Part shown: one piece after another, positions 23,551 to 24,000 of the stretch
Position numbering within the stretch: position 1 is the stretch's first letter
How the letters are laid out: each line of letters starts with the position of its first letter
NCBI GenBank assembly: GCA_964393335.1
Contig: CAYMTN010000041.1
Location: forward strand, 1-24,000
Origin: an uncultured Anaerolineaceae bacterium
GTDB lineage: Bacteria > Chloroflexota > Anaerolineae > Aggregatilineales > Aggregatilineaceae
Direction of reading: 5' to 3'
DNA: 24,000 nucleotides
Notes under the pieces: model-generated
Seen by the model: the letters and a program-made list of their open reading frames with translations, nothing else
The model's database searches: none
Told to the model about the DNA's origin: nothing
Translations under genes and position numbers: made by a program

Positions 23551-23559
23551 ATTGTACCA
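23551..23559 (-). promoter_or_regulatory. Extended -10 element TGGTACAAT positioned for a leaderless DUF62-murA transcript
   Basis: Plus-strand ATTGTACCA at 23551..23559 is TGGTACAAT on the minus strand. Exactly 7 nt (CGGAACC) separate it from the ATG at 23543, and there is no SD. Confidence 0.5.
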
Positions 23560-23678
23560 GCGAACGGCGCTTCGGCAAGATGCCGGGGTGTGGCGTGCGC
23601 AGTCAGCGGCGCGTTGCCTGAACAGGGGCTTCGAGGTATAATTTCAAGGGAAAACTGGCCGTAATCTGGAAGTGCGTT

Positions 23679-23684
23679 TATAAT
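23679..23684 (+). promoter_or_regulatory. Candidate -10 boxes (TATAAT at 23679..23684; a second at 23637..23642) that could drive gyrB
   Basis: Two perfect TATAAT hexamers lie on the plus strand in the AT-richer divergent intergenic region. Neither has a TGn or a clear -35. Confidence 0.3.
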
Positions 23685-23900
23685 CAGAGAAAAGACGAAC
23701 ATTCGTTCTCAACGCCGCCGCACTAGATCGGTTGACGGTCGTGTGAACGGCCAGTTTGGCCTCAACGAATCGTGAACAGAGTAGCCAACATGCATCAACA
23801 AAACGGCCATCGAAACCCGGATAGGTCTTGGGCTTTTTGTGTTTGTATTCCACACATTTGAACGGGTGACAATGGGGTGGCAGTATGGTAGGAGGGTTCC

Positions 23901-24000
23901 GTGGCGGACCAGATATCCAGGCAAACTGAAGAAAATATTCGCGTACTAGAGGGGTTGGAAGCCGTCCGGATGCGCCCCGGCATGTATGTCGGCGGAACCG
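23901..24000 (+). CDS. gyrB: DNA gyrase subunit B (type IIA topoisomerase B subunit), 5' end only
   Basis: This ORF is absent from the track because it stays open to the window edge. The GTG at 23901 has a GGAGG SD at 23891..23895. Translation gives (M)[32 protein letters not shown], the conserved GyrB/ParE N-terminal signature. Confidence 0.85.
   Translation, partial: MADQISRQTEENIRVLEGLEAVRMRPGMYVGGT

Noticed and set aside
23790-23861. 23-codon plus-strand mini-ORF (MHQQNGHRNPDRSWAFCVCIPHI) in the gyrB upstream region
   Set aside because: It has no SD and I cannot assess conservation. It spans the hairpin and T-tract and is most likely fortuitous.
1-24000. Replication origin (dnaB and gyrB are both present)
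   Set aside because: No dnaA or dnaN gene is present and there is no cluster of TTATCCACA-like boxes. Only isolated partial matches occur, such as TTATCCGGT near 4332 and TTATCCAAG near 11510.

Overview
The window is a GC-rich bacterial chromosomal segment, densely packed with about 24 protein-coding genes. Most are housekeeping or cell-envelope genes. I found no rRNA, tRNA, CRISPR array, transposase, integrase or obvious prophage or defence island.

Gene order:
- Minus strand, 1-4273: a truncated DnaD-domain gene (missing from the ORF track because it runs off the window edge), dnaB, a BFN/DUF151 nuclease-family protein, bactofilin and DedA.
- Plus strand, 4566-6801: an orphan ParA-like ATPase overlapping the start of an unusual 494-aa membrane protein.
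- Minus strand, 6860-12468: cupin, a membrane-anchored family-3 solute-binding protein, a clan GH-A glycoside hydrolase, three coupled small membrane proteins, a Pro/Thr-linker lipoprotein and a YjjX-like ITPase/XTPase.
- Plus strand: rqcH.
- Minus strand: PPK2 and two GT4 glycosyltransferases.
- Plus strand: a 399-aa coiled-coil protein, malic enzyme and a degenerate TrxR-like flavoprotein.
- Minus strand: murA and a DUF62 SAM-hydrolase-family gene.
- Plus strand: the 5' end of gyrB, also missing from the track.

Several track ORFs carry spurious N-terminal extensions. I re-called those starts from SD sites, 4-nt ATGA overlaps and family-typical N-termini.

The best candidate for an undescribed system is the ParA-like ATPase paired with a polytopic membrane protein that carries a ParB-like N-terminal peptide. 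Other points worth a second look:
- the three-gene small-membrane-protein operon behind an 11-bp perfect inverted repeat;
- the DnaD-domain gene coupled to dnaB;
- a Cys-to-Asp MurA, predicted to be fosfomycin-insensitive;
- a TrxR-fold protein that has lost both redox cysteines and the NADPH motif;
- recurrent TGn-extended -10 promoters, two of them placed for leaderless mRNAs.

Gene content and promoter style would fit a Chloroflexota-like lineage, but I cannot verify taxonomy without a search. All family assignments rest on motif recognition by eye, not on database searches.
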